Assembly (NCBI RefSeq): GCF_964194155.1
Contig: NC_135897.1
Location: 50,778,001 to 50,842,000, forward strand
DNA from: Cetorhinus maximus
Taxonomy: Eukaryota
Direction of reading: 5' to 3'
Length of the DNA: 64,000 nt
Shown here: positions 47,398 through 62,145 of the stretch, in pieces
How the letters are laid out: the number at the start of each line of letters is the position of its first letter
Numbering within the stretch: the first letter of the stretch is position 1
Notes under the pieces: generated by a model
Told to the model about the DNA's origin: nothing
The model's input: the letters and a program-made list of their open reading frames with translations, nothing else
The model's database searches: none
Made by a program: the position numbers and the translations under genes

Positions 47398-49892
47398 TGT
47401 GGTAAAGTGGAGTACCATGCACCTTTTAAGAGAATGCAAGTGGACTAACCATGTGACAGTACTGACCAATCACTGTACAGCACGAACTACTGGTTAACTG
47501 TAAATCTAGAGCTGGAGGTGGTTGTGAGAGCACGCACGGATTTAGTCATCTGCCTTCTTTTGCAATAAACAATCAAAGTTTGTTCTTATGTCGGTCTCTC
47601 TCTGTTATTGATAGCGAGCATCAACCAGCAAGTGTTTATGAAGGTGTGCAATTCGAGTTAACTTGACCAGTGAACTCATAGACTCAAGACATAAAACTGG
47701 CGAGGAGGATGAAAATAGCAAAATTGTAAGACCCAAGTGAGAATCCACAAGACGGGTGAGCAAAACGTTAGAAAGAGAATCTGTAATTATGTTGCAAAGT
47801 AGCAGTAATCAGAGTAGAAAGCAGTGCTGCAGTTTTAAATTTGAAAAAAAAGAGAAAAGAAAATAAAACCCTGCAGAATCGCGATTGCTGGGATCCCATC
47901 AAAACTTGAAAAGAACGTGAAACACAGCACAGAAAAGCCGACAGCTGCAGAGATGGAGTTAAAAAAACAGTGACTGCTCTTAAAACGGCAATACATTGAA
48001 AGTGGTACAAACAAGAAAAATGACTGTAGACAGAAAATTATAAGAGACCCCAGAGAGAGGGCAACTCTGAGGAAGGCAAAACATGAATCGATAGACAGCA
48101 GTCATGAAAGCCGTGGTAAGCCAAACACCTGAATTCGTCATTAACTGGGAAGCCCATCGGAAGCGCAGTCCCCATGCAGTCATTCACGATGCCACAGTTC
48201 GGGCATGTCAATCCATTCGACCCCATTTCAAATGAACGGTCTCAGTATGTCGAATGACTTGCATTCTTTTTTAACCGCTAATGACATCATGGGGGAGGAA
48301 AAGAAGGGGGTGACTCTTTTGTACACACGTGGGAGCAAGATGTACGGGCTGATCCACAGCCTCATGTTACCTAACACCCCTGACTTGAAGACTTTCAACA
48401 AGTTAATAAAAATTGTACAAACCACCTGAGACCAAAACCCTCAGTCACTATGCAGCTTCAAGCTCAATTCAAGGAATAGGCTTCCAGGGAGACAATAGCT
48501 GACTATATTGCCACTTTAAAGGCATTAACTGGACATTGCGAATTCAGAATGTCCATTAGTGATATGTTGAGAGACCGACTGATATGCGGGACTGGAGATG
48601 ATACTATTCAAAAGCATTTGCTAGCCGAAGCTAATTTAGACTCCAATAAGGCATTAGAATTAACCACAACCATGGAGAGTGCTGTTAGAAATTTGGAAGC
48701 TATAAGAGATGCAAAAAATGGCGCCTTCCATCTGGTAGGGCGGGACAGATCGGCAACAAAAATTGCAAAAACATCGGACCCCACAGAAAGGCGGGAAGCA
48801 TCCTTTATGTACAGATCAGTAAAAAGTAGCAGTACTACAGTGAAAACCCACAAAATTAATGAGAGCAATGCATCCAGTGGGTGCTCGACAATTCAAACAA
48901 GTCGAATGCTTTTACTGCCACCACTATGGCCACATAATGCAGCACTGTAGAGTTAGGCTGAGACAGCATTTTAAAGACAAAGGATTAAATCGTGAAATAC
49001 GTCTCATTGAAAAATAAGAATAGAATCTGACATTCATTCATTATATAACCTGAAAATGGCTAGAACCAAGCCAATCCAAGTAGTCATTATAGTCAATGGA
49101 CAACCCATTAAGATGGAAGTTGATACTGGAGTGTCAATGTCCATCATTGGAGAACGTACATTCAGATACTTTAATAAAGGAACCAAGCCTTTAAGATTGG
49201 AAGTTGCGGACACTAAACTGAGAACACACACGGGTGAAGAAATTAGACTGAAAGGGTTATGTCAAGTCCCAGTGATGTATGGAGATCAATTTGAAAGGTT
49301 GCCCTTGATAGTGGTAGCTGGATAGGGCCCCAGCTTAATAAGCCGCGATTGGCTTGAAAATATTAAATTGAAATGGGCTGAAATTTTTCAAATTACAATG
49401 AAAGGCTTACAGGAAGTGTTGCAAAAGTATGCTTCCATTTTCAATGGTGAGTTAGGACAGATTTGAAGACTACAGGCCAGAATCCATGTGGACTCAAATG
49501 CAGCCCCCAGATTTATAAGAGTCTTATGCTCTAAGGGACAGGGTTGAAACCAAACTGAGCAGACTGGAAAAATTGGGCATCCTACAACTGGTGCAATTTT
49601 TTTGAGTAGGCGACACCCATCGTACCTGTACTGAAAACAGACCAAAGCATGCATTTATATGGTGTCTGTAAGCTAACTGTCAATAAAGTAGCCAAACTTG
49701 ATAGGCACCTGATACCCAAGATTGAGGAATTGTATTCGAAGTTGGCAGGGGGCACCACATATTCGAAATTAGACATGAGCCATGCCTACCAGCAGATAGA
49801 GTTGGATAAGGAATCTAGGAACTTCGTCATCATTAATACACACCAAGGACTTTATCAATATACATGTCTACCCTTTGGAGTCTCTTCAGCGT
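47398..49892 (+). mobile_element. Gypsy element 5' half: LTR, PBS, gag, protease, RT start
   Basis: LTR 47398-47697; PBS tggcgaggaggatg (tRNA-Ser-like, 1 mismatch) at 47698; MLRDRLICG; CFYCHHYGHIMQHC; MEVDTG; SKLDMSHAYQQ...LPFGVSSA; many stops and frameshifts. Confidence 0.92.
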
Positions 49893-49952
49893 GTGGATTG
49901 TGGATTTTTTAACATACGGAAAGGTGCCATGAAGAGATATTAATGTCTATAA

Positions 49953-50761
49953 TGTTATTGGAAATTATTTTTAAAATAGGGTTCTCGTAGGGTCTGTGTC
50001 TATGTGTGTGTCTGTGTATGTTCTAACTGGATTAAAGCCAGCTAGTCTGGTTGCTTTGATGTATAGTAGTTTTGAGATATTAATTAGATAAATGTAAGGA
50101 GGACAGAAGATAAAGTGTAAATTTGCATTTGTTGAATAAACCATTCAAGAGTGGGAGTAAAATCTTGCATCTAGCTAGAAGACACCAAGCAATGTGTTTA
50201 TTTTTTTTCAGTTTACTAATAAAATTGGTGGAATGAAAGAATATTATTGTTAGGAGATGTAACATTAAAAGCCTGGTGATACAATGGAAAATTTACATTC
50301 AAAGGAAAAAATTGGTATAAACAGAAAGGAGTTTGTTTGTGTAAGGCAGAGGCATTTAAGACCTAACCAAACTGTAAGCCTACAACTGTGTCTTCAAAGG
50401 AACCAAATTGCAAGGAACCTCATTTTGAATCCGTAAGGTCAAATGTGCTTTGCCTGGTGTCTGTTTAAAATCTATGGGTTATTGTTGCCTTGGTTAAGAT
50501 TTACCTGGGAGTATTAATTTGGGGATTTGTTTAAAATTTATTATGGTAGTAATTTGTAGACATGTGTGTGTATTTAATTTGTTAAATTAATAAATGTTTA
50601 ATTTAGTTTTATTTAAAAAACCTTTTGAGGCTTGGCGGTCTTATTCCTAATTCAGAGCTGTATCTCAAACATACCAATTGAAAATATGGGTTATGACAGT
50701 TTCTCAAGTTCCCCTCTGGGATTTAAATAGCTTAGCCTTTACCAACTGCTGTGTTATAACA
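49953..50761 (+). mobile_element. Probable solo LTR
   Basis: tgttat...ataaca termini; aataaa near 50590; no clear TSD. Confidence 0.55.
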
Positions 50762-53700
50762 AAGGTGTAGCTTATCTCTTCCAGTCATGGCGTTAGCTGG
50801 GTAACAGTTTTGGGTTAATGTAAGAGACTAAGATTTAAAGAGTTAATCAGGATAGCAGCAGGCCTTATTAATGCCTCTCAGACCTGTTAACGTGGTATTT
50901 TGTACTGTTTTTATATTGTAACTCTATCAAATGTTAACCTTTCTTTTGAAGAATATCGTAATAGAGTTTAGGCCATAATATTTTAAAATACCCAAGCAAT
51001 GTCTGGAATGCCTGAGCAGATGGGGCGATGAAGCCCATGGAAACAAATTAGACAGTGTGCAGATGCTTCTCTGGGAAATACTGAGATTGGATGTATGAAT
51101 GAATCCTGTAAGTTGAATAATTGTAATGTTGCAAGGGAGACAACGTGTTGAGTGAAAGGTAGCGTGGTTATTGTTTACCAATGCTGCTTGCCAGGAGGTT
51201 GCACCTGCTCAGAGAAGTGTAATAAAGTTCCTGTGAAAGTAGAGGAAGCAAAAGGGAGTTGCATTCGGGTTGTCAGGTTGAAAGAAAGAAATGTCACAGT
51301 GATAAAAAGAGATAGTAAATGATCAGTACCTAGAGAGAGAGAGCTACAAAGAATCCTCCATGGAGGAAAGAAACCCTTAGATGGCTGCTTTCCTAGGACA
51401 GATGTATCCTCTTGCTCAAGTTTCCCAATATTGGGAATGTAGTGCTAGGATCATATCACTGCCACACTTGTAAACTTGAAATATGTCATACAGATATGAC
51501 TTATGTTATGTCATATTTTAAAAATATTTTAAATACATAATGATGTGTATGCATTTCTGATCCATCAGGCTCTGAATCCAAATTATATTTTAAGATATTT
51601 GTCTAACAGCAATAATTACAATTACATGCAGCAAATTTTATCTGGGTGCACTTAAAAAACAAGGCTTCCTGACTTGCAGAATAAATATGGGCAAAATTGT
51701 ATTACTGTATTGAGCGTGAGGTTAAAGGCCATTTGACTTAAGTGATATTAACTGTTACATTCAACAGTTAAGATTATTCTTTGGTGAGACACCCAAAGAA
51801 AGTATGGAACATTTTGCATGACCTGCCAAGTATTTTCAGCATTTTCTGTATTTCTTTCAGAAGGAATATGCTTGAGCATTTAGAACTATGAAGGCATTGG
51901 ATAGAAGACTTAAATAATCAAAATATATAAGGTAGTAGTAGATGATGTGCCTACAAAAATGTAGACGTAGAGTCAGGTTTCAGGACTTATTTTTCTTGTA
52001 GGCTTGGGCTCTCTGGAATAGGCTACCAGCAGGTGTGCATGTATGGGATGTTGCATTCCTTTCAGAAAGGACCTCACAAGTCTTTAGTGAGGAGGACTTT
52101 GTTTATTGGTGCATCATGACAGCAGTTGTTTCCTGGATTTTAGTGAGTCAGACTGGAAATTACCAGATTTTTACTTGAAAGAAGTCAAGTTTTTTTTGCT
52201 TTGCTTTTTACTTCTTGGGTCATTAAGAATTGCTCCATCCTTTTTTTTGTTAGTTTGATGGTCAAAATGGGGAAAAATAAATAGACTGCAGCGATAGAAA
52301 TTTTAAACAAATTGCGGCCTATTTGGATTACATGGAGCACACGATATATATTAATAGAATGTGAAGTCACAACTACAAGGGTAACCAAAGGCAAGTGACA
52401 TTTACAACAATAATAATTCCACAGGGAAACATCCAAGTACTCACTGCTGAATATAATTACCAGAGAAAGGTTACACGGCACAATCTGAGGATACCATAAC
52501 GCTTCTTATTGATGTATAATACATCTGATACATCATTACGTAGCTTAATCGATACTTATCCTTAAGGGGAATTGTGATGTTTATTTTCAGATTAGGCAAA
52601 GCCATCATTTGCCATATAATTCCTGAGTTACGGGAACGCACAGAAAGGAGACTGCACCAGAGTGAGACATAGACACTGTGTAGTTGGGAATTTGGTTGAG
52701 GTGGGAATTTGGTGCAGAGGGATACAAAGGCGCTCCTATTTCTGCTTCATTTTTTAGTCTCCAGTAGTTGGTGAGTTTTCTTCACTTGTCTCCAAGCCAG
52801 GTGAGTGCAACTTTCTATTACTTTATCAGTGTAAGTTATTAACTAATTGGCTTAGTAAATAAATAAGGTTGGACAGAAAGGGGAGGGCTGATGGTGTGCC
52901 ATGACTGCATGTGGGTATTTGTGGAATACACTGGAATCCTGGACTACTAAATCTATAGTAAGTGTCTGCAGCTTAGGCAACTTCAGCTCAGAGTTGCTGA
53001 GCTGCAGTCTGAGTTGTGGACATTGTGGGGTATCAGGGAGAGGGAGAGTTGCCTGGATACTTTGTTCCAGGAGGCAGTCACGCCCCTTAGGTTAGGCAAA
53101 GCCTTACAGATGTTCACTGGTCAGGGACAGGAGGGTGTGACTGAGAGTCAGGCAGGTATGGGGAATCATTATGTAGTGATGGAGGAGCTTCAGCCTCTGA
53201 CTTTGTCCAGCAGGTATGAGATGCTTGCCAACTGTGTGGATGAGGACAATAACTGCAAGGTGGATGAGTGGACTAACCATAACACTATGGTGAAGGATCC
53301 CATTCAAGTGCGATGAGGGAAGAGGAATATAGTAGTGATGGGGGACAATATAGTCAGGGGGTATAGATCTGCTGCCATGACCGGGAGCTCCGAAGGTTGT
53401 GTTACCTGCCCAATGCTAGGGTTAAGGACATCGCCTCGCGGCTGCAGAGGAATTTGAAATGGGAAGGGGAGGATCCAGTTGCCATGGTCCATGTGGGAAC
53501 CCACAGCATAGGTAGAACTAGAAATGATATACTGCTAAGGGAGTTTGAGGAGTTATGGTCCAAATTAAAAAGCAGAACATCAAAGGTAATCATCTCTGGA
53601 TTGTTATCTGAGCCATGCACCAATTGGCATAGAGTCAAGTAAATTAGAGAATTAAACACGTGGCAGTGTGGGAAGAAGGGATTTTTGTTCATGGGGCACT

Positions 53701-55403
53701 GGCATCAGTACTCAGGAAAGAGTGAGCTATTCCACTGGGATGGGCTCCACGTGAACTGGCTGGAACCAACATCCAATCATATGCCTTGGGCTCTGGACAG
53801 GACTTTAAACTAATGGGAGTCAGGTGCAGGGTGATTTAGAAATCCAAAGAGAGAGGCCAAGACATCAGAACAGCATAGCAATGTAGATAAAGACAAGCAG
53901 AGTGGGACAGAGAACTTAACCAAATTTGTACATCGGCAAATAAGGTCATTGCAGGGAATAAAAGTTTTTTTTTAAATGAAATTAATGTTTCTTTACCTAA
54001 ATGCACAAAGCATGTGCAGTAAGATAAATGAACTGGTGGCACAAATAGAGGTATATGACATAGATCTAATTGCCATTACAGAGTCGTGGTTACAAGGTGG
54101 GCAAGGTTGGGAAATAAATGTTCCAGGGTACACAATGTTTGGTAAGACAGACAGAATGGCATAGGAGGAGGGGTAACCCTGGTAGTAAAGGATAACATAA
54201 GGACATTAGTGAGAAAGGATCTGGCCTCAGAAGATAATGAAGTAGAATCAGTATGGGTGGAAATTAGGAAGAGCAAGAGTCAGAAAACACTAGTGGGAGT
54301 AGGTAATAGACCCCCTAACAGTAGTTATGCCATTGGGCAGAGCATTAAACAAAAAATTACTGAAGCTTATAACAAAGCACATATAATAATTGTTGGGGGC
54401 TTTAATCTTCATATAGACTAGGACAATCAAATTGGCAAGAGCGGTTTAGAAGATCAGTTTGTAGAATGTTTTCATGACAGTTTCTTGGAGCAATATGTTG
54501 TGTAACTGACCAGGGATAAAGCTATCTAGATCTAGTATTGTGTAGTGAAGTAGGGCCACTTAGTAATGTCATAGCAGAAGATTCACTGGGAAATAGTGAT
54601 CATAATACCATTGAATCCCATGTTAAGTTTGATTGTGACATACTCCAATCACAAGCAAGAATCTTAAACTTAAACAAAGCCAAGTACATAGGTATGAGGG
54701 AGGAAGTGGCTAAGGTTAATTTGGTAAATAGGCTGAAAGATATGGAGCTAAATGAACAGGGGGAAACATTTAAAGAAAGAATTGAAAATGTTCAACAAAA
54801 ACACATTCCACTGAAAAGCAAAAGTTCTGCAGAAAGACACGTACATGGCTCACTCAGGAAGTTAAGGATGATATTAGATTAAGAGAAGAGGTTTACATTG
54901 TTGCAAAAAACCGTAGCAAGTCTGAGGATTTGGAGTATTTTGGAAACCAGCAGATGGCCACCAAAAAGTTGATAAAAAGGGAAAAATAGACTATGAGAGT
55001 AAACTAGCTAGAAATATAAAAACAGATTATGAGAGCTCTTGTAAGTATATGAAAGGAAGAAATTGCTAAAGTAAAACTTGGTCCCTCAGAAGCAGAGACA
55101 GCAGAGATTATCCTGGGGAATGAGGAAATGACAGAGGCATCGAACAATTATTTTGTGCCTGTCTTCACAGTAGCCGGCCCAAGTTTCATACCAGAAATAG
55201 ATGGTAATCCAGGGGCTAAAAAGAGGGAGCAAGTTAATATCAGCAGAGAAAAAGTGTTGGAGAAACTTAAGGGACTAAGATTCGACAAATCCCTGGGACC
55301 TGATGGCCTACACCCTAAAAGAGATAACTGCAGAAATAGTGGGTGTGCTGGTTTTAATTTTCCAAAATACCTTAGATTCGGGAACATTCCCATTAAATTG
55401 GAT

Positions 55404-57176
55404 AAAAGTAAAATACTGCGGATGCTGGAAATCTGAAATAAAAACAGAAAATGCTGGAAAAACTCAGCAGGTCTGACAGCATCTGTGGAATCCATATGAG
55501 TCTTCCAAACTAAAGAGAAGTAGAAATGTGATGGAATTTATATCGTTGGTCAGCGATATTTGGGTGCTGAGGAGAGATTGACAAAGATGTCATGGACACG
55601 AGACAAAGGGACTGTTAATGGTAGTGGTGAAGACTAAAGAAGGTATTGATAGTGACATGAAGGTAAGATAGCAGAACAAGGGTCAGCACTCTGCAAAAGA
55701 ACAACATAGAACAAGTGACAGGTGGCCCTTTTGGGGGAATGAGGCATTGGGGAAAGGGGGCAGTTCTATCCTTTGGGCAAAAAGGATAGAAAAATTGATT
55801 TTAAAAAGGGGATTAAGCAATGAATAAATGAATAAAAACAAGTGAATAAAAAATAAAAATAAATTTTAAGAAAGGGATTAAAAAAGGAGCGAGGATGGAG
55901 GAGAGAGAGTTCATGGTCTGAAGTTGTTGAACTCAATATTCAGTCCGGAAGGCTGTAAAGTGCCTAGTCAGAAGATGAGGTGCTGTTCCTCCAGTTTGCG
56001 TTGAGCTTCACTGGAACAATGCAGCAGGCCAAGGACGGACATGTGGGCACGGGAGCAGGATGGTGTGTTGAAATGGCAAGCGACACGAAGGTCTGGGTCA
56101 TGCTTGTGGTGAAGGTGTTCCGCAAAGCGGTCACCCAGTCTGCGTTTGGTCTCCCCAATGTAGAGAGCGCATTGGCAGCAGCAATTGCAGTAGACCAAAT
56201 TAAAGGAGGTGCAAGTGAAACGCTGCTTCACCTGAAAGGAGTGTTTGGGCCCTTGGACGTTGAGGAGGGAGGAGGTAAAGGGGCAGGTGTTGCACCTTCT
56301 GCGATTGCATGGGAAGGTGCCGTGGGAAGGGGATGAGGTGTTGGGGGTGTTGGAGGAGTGGACCAGGGTGTCTCGGAGGGAACGGTCCCTACGGAATTCT
56401 GACAGGGTTGGGGGGGTGGTGTGAGGGGAAAATGTGTTTGGTAGTGGCATCATGCTGGAGTTGGCAGAAATGGTGGAGGATGATCCTTTTGATGCAGAGG
56501 CTGATGGGGTGAAAAGTGAAGACAATAGGAACCCTATTATGGTTCTGGGAGGGGAAAGTGTGAGGGCGGAGGGCGCGGGAGATGGGTCGGACACGGTTGA
56601 GGGCCCTGTCAACCACAGTGTTGGTGGGGAGGGGAACCTTGGTTAAGAAAGCCCCATTTTGGAAAGTGACATTATCAGAACAGATGCAACAGAAGCAAAG
56701 GAACTGAGAGAATGGGATGGAGTCCTTACAGGAAGCAGGGTGTTGAGGAGCTGTAGTCCAGGTAGCAGTAGGAGTCGGTGGGCTTAGACTGTCCACCAAG
56801 ATTCTTTACATCACTAGAAATGGAGACAGAGAGGTCAAGGAAGGGAAGGGAAGTGTCGGAGATGGACCATGTGAAGGTGATAGAGGGGTGAAAATTGGAA
56901 GCAGAATTGATAAAAACTTTTCCAGGTCCGAACAAGAGCATGAAGCAGCACCGAAACAGCCATCGATGTACCGCAAAAAAGAGTTGTGGGAGGAAGCCTG
57001 AGTGGGACTGGAGCAAGGAATGTTCCACATTCCCCATAAAGAGACAGGCATAACTGGGGCCCATGCGGGCACCCACAGCCACACATTTTATTAGGAGGAA
57101 GTGAGACAAGTTAAAGGAGAAGTTGTTCAGTGAGGGAACAAGTTCAGCCAGACGGAGGAGAGTGGTGGTGTGTGGG
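55404..57176 (-). mobile_element. PLE with RT C-half and GIY-YIG endonuclease
   Basis: MGPSYACLFMG, FLRYIDG, LPFLDL, NLVYC...LYIGETKRRLGDRFAEH; degenerate TSD attaaattggat / attagagtggat. Confidence 0.93.
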
Positions 57177-58264
57177 ATTAGAGTGGATGTTGGCAAATGT
57201 TAGACTGCTTTTCAAGAAGGGACGGAGAGAGAAAACAGTGAAGTACAGGCAAGTTAGGTTGACGTCAGTTGTTGGGAAAATGGTGGAATCTATTATAAAG
57301 AAAATTTCAACAATGCACTGAGAAAAGCATAGTATGACTAGAACAACTCATTATAGTTTTACTAAAAGGAAATCCTATTTGACAAATTTGTTAGAGTTTT
57401 CTGAGGATGTGACTAGTAGGGTAAAAGGAACCAGTAGATGCAATATTCCTGTATTTCCAAAAGGTATTCGATAAAGTGTCACGCAAAAGGTTAATAGGCA
57501 AAGTAAGGGCTCATGGAGTTGGGGGTAAAACTTTAGCATAGAAAGAGGATTGGTTAACGGATAGAAAGCAGAAAATGGGCATAAACAGGGCATTTTCAAG
57601 TTGGCAGGCAGTGATTAGTGGAGTGCTGCAGGGATCAATGCTGGGGTCTCAGCTATTTACAATCTATATTAATAACGTGGATGAAGAGACTGAGAGTAAT
57701 ATATCATAGTTTGTTGATGATGCCATACTATGTGGGAAAGACATAGAGAGGCTACAAAGAGATATAGACAGGTTAAGTGAGTGGACAACAAGATGGTAGA
57801 TGGAATATAATATAGGCAAGTGTGAAGTTATTCACTTTGGTCAAAAGAATGGAAAAGCAGAATATTTTTTAAAAGGTGTGAAACTTGTAAGTCTTGATAT
57901 TCAAAGAGACTTGGGTGTGCTCATGTAAGGAACACAGAAAGTTAGCACGCAGGTACTGCAAGCAATTAGGAAGGCAAATGGCATGTTGGCTTTTATTGCA
58001 AGAGGATTGGAGTATAGGAATAAAGAAGTGTTGTTACAATTGTCCAGGGTTTTGGTGAGACCACATCTGGAATACTGTACGTAGTTTTGGTCTCCACACT
58101 TAAGAAAGGATTTACTTGCATTGGAGGTGGTACAGCAAAGGTTTGCTAAATTGAACCCTGGGATGAAGGGGTTGTCTTATGATGAGGCTGAGTGAATTGA
58201 GTTTCTCTTCCCTGAAGTTCAGAAGAATGTGAGGCAATCTCATTGAAACCTACAAAGCCCTGAA

Positions 58265-58377
58265 AAGAAACCAGTTTTTTTTAGGTGTGAGATGAGACGA
58301 AGAATAAAATGAAACTGGGGCCAAGGACACAGATGCTGCCAGACCTGCTGAGTTGTTCCAGCAATTTTGTTCTTTTT
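58265..58377. mobile_element. 113-nt PLE insertion with internal inversion
   Basis: Minus-strand ORF piece (PQFHFILRLI) joined to plus-strand terminal repeat; TSD caaagccctgaa / caaaatcctgaa. Confidence 0.8.
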
Positions 58378-59239
58378 CAAAATCCTGAAGGGGCTTGATA
58401 GGGGAGACACTGAAAAATTGTTCCGCTGATCGGAGAGTCTAAAACATGGGGGCACAGTCTCAGGATGACCAATGGTGACCATTTAGAACTAAGATGAGGA
58501 GAAAGTACTTCACTTGAAGGATTATGAATCTTTGGAATTCTTTACTCCAGAGGGTTGTGGATACTCTATCATGTATGGCTGGACTAGACAGATTTTTGGT
58601 CTCAAGGAATTAAGGGATATGGGGAGCAGGCGAGAAAATGGAGTTGAAGCCCAAGATCAGCCATGATTGTATTGAATGATGGAGCAGGCTCAAAGGGCCA
58701 TATGATCCACTCCTGCTCCTATTTCTTGTGTTCTTGTGAAAGCAGCCTAAGAACAATGGACATTGAAACTATCTGGTGTGAGTCTGGGTTTGCTAATCCA
58801 GGCTTTAGTGTTCAAAAGTAGGTAATCACTATAATTTGGTGCAGCTCCTCAGGTCTTCATCATGGCTCCTCTCATCCACAATTCTGTCTAGGTAGATGAA
58901 AATCATTTTTATTGATCCAAACCTATGCATATATTAACAATTGAATCGCAAGGCTAGCAACATGCAAGAGCTATTCAAAGGGATTCTGTTGACTAGTGTC
59001 AATGGCAAGGGTTTTAACGTGAAAAAAATGACACTAAGATGACAACATTTGGAATTACAAGATCCAATGTGATAGAAATGTATAAGAATGTTTACCCTTT
59101 AAACCTCTGCTTAGTCCTCTAACTTTGTACTTCTGTCCTAATTACAGTTTCCATCAGTTTTCCTTTCAAATGGCAATCTATTTATTTTCTCAGTAGGCGA
59201 TCTATTGTTCAGTGGAAGATGAAACCAGACAGTAAATGT

Positions 59240-61150
59240 CCGAAATATAAACAGAAATTGCTGGAAATACTTAGGACTGGTAACATCTGTGGAGAGAGAA
59301 ACAGAGTTTACGGGGTGGGGGGATGGGGTTAATGTGATAAAGTGGGCGGGTTTGTGAGCGCGCAGCTGGTTAAAAGAGCATAAATTGCTGGTGTGTTGGG
59401 AAGCTGACAGAATCCGCCAACATCCACCTATGAACTGAGCGCAATCTGCAGCAGGCGGGAAACTACCCTGAGACAAGTGGGCTGTCTATTTACAAATGTA
59501 AATGACTAATTATCTGCCTCTTTACCCCTGAATTCTGACTTTAACATTATATGCATGGGTTTCCCAGGGCTCCTGGAGCTTGCCAGGGAAAACAAGGCAA
59601 AAGAGCAGCAGGGGTTGAGGGGTCTGAACAATTAACAGGCAAGAAATGCTTTAAATATTGAGATCATGCACCCGCTTCCTTGCCTAGGTGAAAGGCTTTT
59701 GCTCACTGATCTCGTTCTGAGACTGTGCTTTCACTGTTTTGGAGGTGATTTCCAACATTTTGGAGGTCATTTCTACTATCTTAGTGTTTACTGCCTTTGA
59801 TCTACACTTTCCAGCTGTCACTCTTCAGATCAGCATGGGAACTGCTTAAGCTGCTTCACCTTAGATCTCAGGTGAATAACAAGATGAGCAGCAGCAACAA
59901 GTTTTCTCCTCAACATTTGAAGGGATTGTGGGAGGTGAAAGAGATGAAGCACAGGGTGGGAGGGTGCGGACTCATCAATGTGCACATTATTATTTTTCAG
60001 TGGCTGCTGACATCAAGTCAACTTGAATGAGTGTTCTGTGCCATGTGGCTGCTTGATTGTTTATTCCGTGACAAAATATCTAGGAGACTCCCATCTTTCC
60101 ATCTCCAGTGGGTAGGTATGCCGAGATCTACCTTATGTCCAGTACTGCGACCTCTGCTATGGTTAAAGTGGAGATGACTGGAGGGCCACCTCCAGTTCTC
60201 TGTCTCTCCCTGGTGTTATATGCTTTCTTCTGCAAGGAGAGAAAGAAGAGATTTATGAATGTGAGAAAAGGCATGTGTTGTGAGGGTGAAGAGGCAACAT
60301 TTGTGGAAGGTCACTAAGTGATGGGTGTGACGTTACATCAAGATGAGAGGTGATTGTCAGTGGTGGCTGATCAGATGGGTTTGGGAAGTTTCTCAAGAGA
60401 GAGGGATGGGTGCACCTGCATGTTATATTGGTTTAAGGAGTGATGTGCAGGAGAAGGCTTGTCAAAGTCAAGTGAGGGTGCTTGGGGTTAGACATGCATC
60501 AGCGTATACTTAAAAGTAGCAGGCAACTCACCTTTCCTGCCCGGATTTGGTCATTGATCCCCTTGCGGCACTATACGCAGAAGCATGAAACAACATTCCA
60601 ACTATGCACCTTGTCTGCTTCTTTGAACCAAGCCTGCTCACTTTCAGAGGCAGCCCTTTTCTTTCTGTCACAGGGAACCGAATCTGTCTGCCAGATTCTT
60701 AGAGCCTACAGCATCATGTCCAGAGACACATTACTGAAATATAGTGCTGCCTTGTCTCAACATGTCTCCATTCCTTTAGCTTTTGGCTCTGTCTGAAGAT
60801 CTCTACAATACTTCAAGCTTGATCCTTGCATGTTCCCTTTAAATATTCCTGCTGAATTGAACTGCTGCGGGTCATCGACTGGCTGCAATTTGTCAGAAAA
60901 ACCAGAAGTCGGATGCAAATGCAGTATCTGTTTGAAAAGGCATTGACAAATGGGCTGTCAAAACCTCCATGTTCCCAACTCATTGCTGGTTTCCCCTTCT
61001 GTGAACAGAAGGGTATGCTGAAATTCAGCCCAGTGTTTCAAGTCAATGACCTTTTGTCAGAACTGGAAAACATTACAATGTAACAGGTTTTGAGTAAATA
61101 CAGAGGCAGGGAAAGTGAGAGGAGAGGACAGAACGAAAGGAAGGGAGAAG
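59240..61150 (-). mobile_element. Old PLE terminus split by a Harbinger (pieces 59240-59310 and 61032-61150)
   Basis: gcatctgtggagagagaaacagagttt-like piece resumes as gtttcaagtcaatgaccttttgtcagaact. Confidence 0.7.
59311..61031 (-). mobile_element. Harbinger derivative with Myb/SANT-like remnant
   Basis: Right TIR gaaattcagccc; 60530-60750 minus: FSNVSLDMML...QAWFKEADKVHSWNVV...CRKGINDQIRAGK. Confidence 0.75.
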
Positions 61151-62145
61151 TCTAGTTTCATTAATGATTTATGAATGTGTTCAACATGGGTTTCTGACAG
61201 ACATGGAGTGGGAATTCTTAAGTCAGTTTGTGGTCTACGAAATTAGTTAATCGCCCCTAATGTTTCTATAACCATTTGCTTGTCCAGTAAACAAGCAACC
61301 ACTGAATGAGTTGTGAATCTCCACCTTGGCTGTTTTTTGGGAAGAAGATTCCTATTATGCTGCATTAGTGACAAGATTCCATCATATATCTTAACTTCTT
61401 GGTTGATTAGTTATTTGGAATTTTTCATTTCCGTGCTATCCATTGTCATTGTCCTGATTGTAAATCGGGAAACTCATATAAATCTCTTGTATATTCATTC
61501 TAAATTTAGATTTGAACACAGGAGTATGGGAATTAAGAACAGCAGTAGGCCATTTGGCCCTTTGTGTCTGCTCCACCATTTGATAAGATCATGGCTGATC
61601 TAATTGTGGTCTCAACTCTACCTTCCTATCTGTCCCCCATAATTCTTGAGACCTTTGTCTATCAAAAATCTATCTAACTCAGTCTGTAAGAATTTGGACC
61701 TGATTGAAATTTATAGCTGCTGGTATCTTTAGTCAATTTAACTTCACAATTTCTACAGATGCTAAGCTGATCTACAAGGTACAATCAGGTGTAGTGAATT
61801 TATTGAGCAAGAATGATAAATATACTTAACAGTGAAGACAGCATGGATTAACTCTCAAACACTGTGGACCCCCTGAGCAGTGACAACACAGGCGAAGTCT
61901 TTGTCCTGATTGATGTTGAGTTGTGTCTCAGGAGAGTTGTCACCATAGAAGCAATGGTGTGACTGTACTAATTTTGTCTTGAAATCTTCAATACTTATCC
62001 TTAATTCTGAGTTTCCTTGTGTCATAATTGGACATAGCTTGTGTGCACCCTTTCAATTGGTTAAAAGTGAGGTCATTAGCTTTATCCCCACCGACATGGC
62101 TCAAGTCATGTAACCAGTAATTGAAAACAGATGTTCATTCTTTGT

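Larger units (their letters stand above)
52640..58738 (+). mobile_element. Near full-length decayed CR1 LINE (ORF1 esterase, ORF2 APE-RT) with two PLE insertions
   Basis: ORF1 SGNH-like VMGDNIVRG, LPNARVKDI, VHVGT; ORF2 YLNAQS...IAITESWL, LGNSDH, KSLGPDGLHP, LVRPHLEY; tail at ~58730. Confidence 0.93.

Noticed and set aside
51830-51935. Exon after tttctttcag (51860) ending at ag|gtagta
   Set aside because: The acceptor is a decayed PLE terminal fragment (cagcattttctgtatttctttcaga), and the 71-nt length and weak donor give no support.
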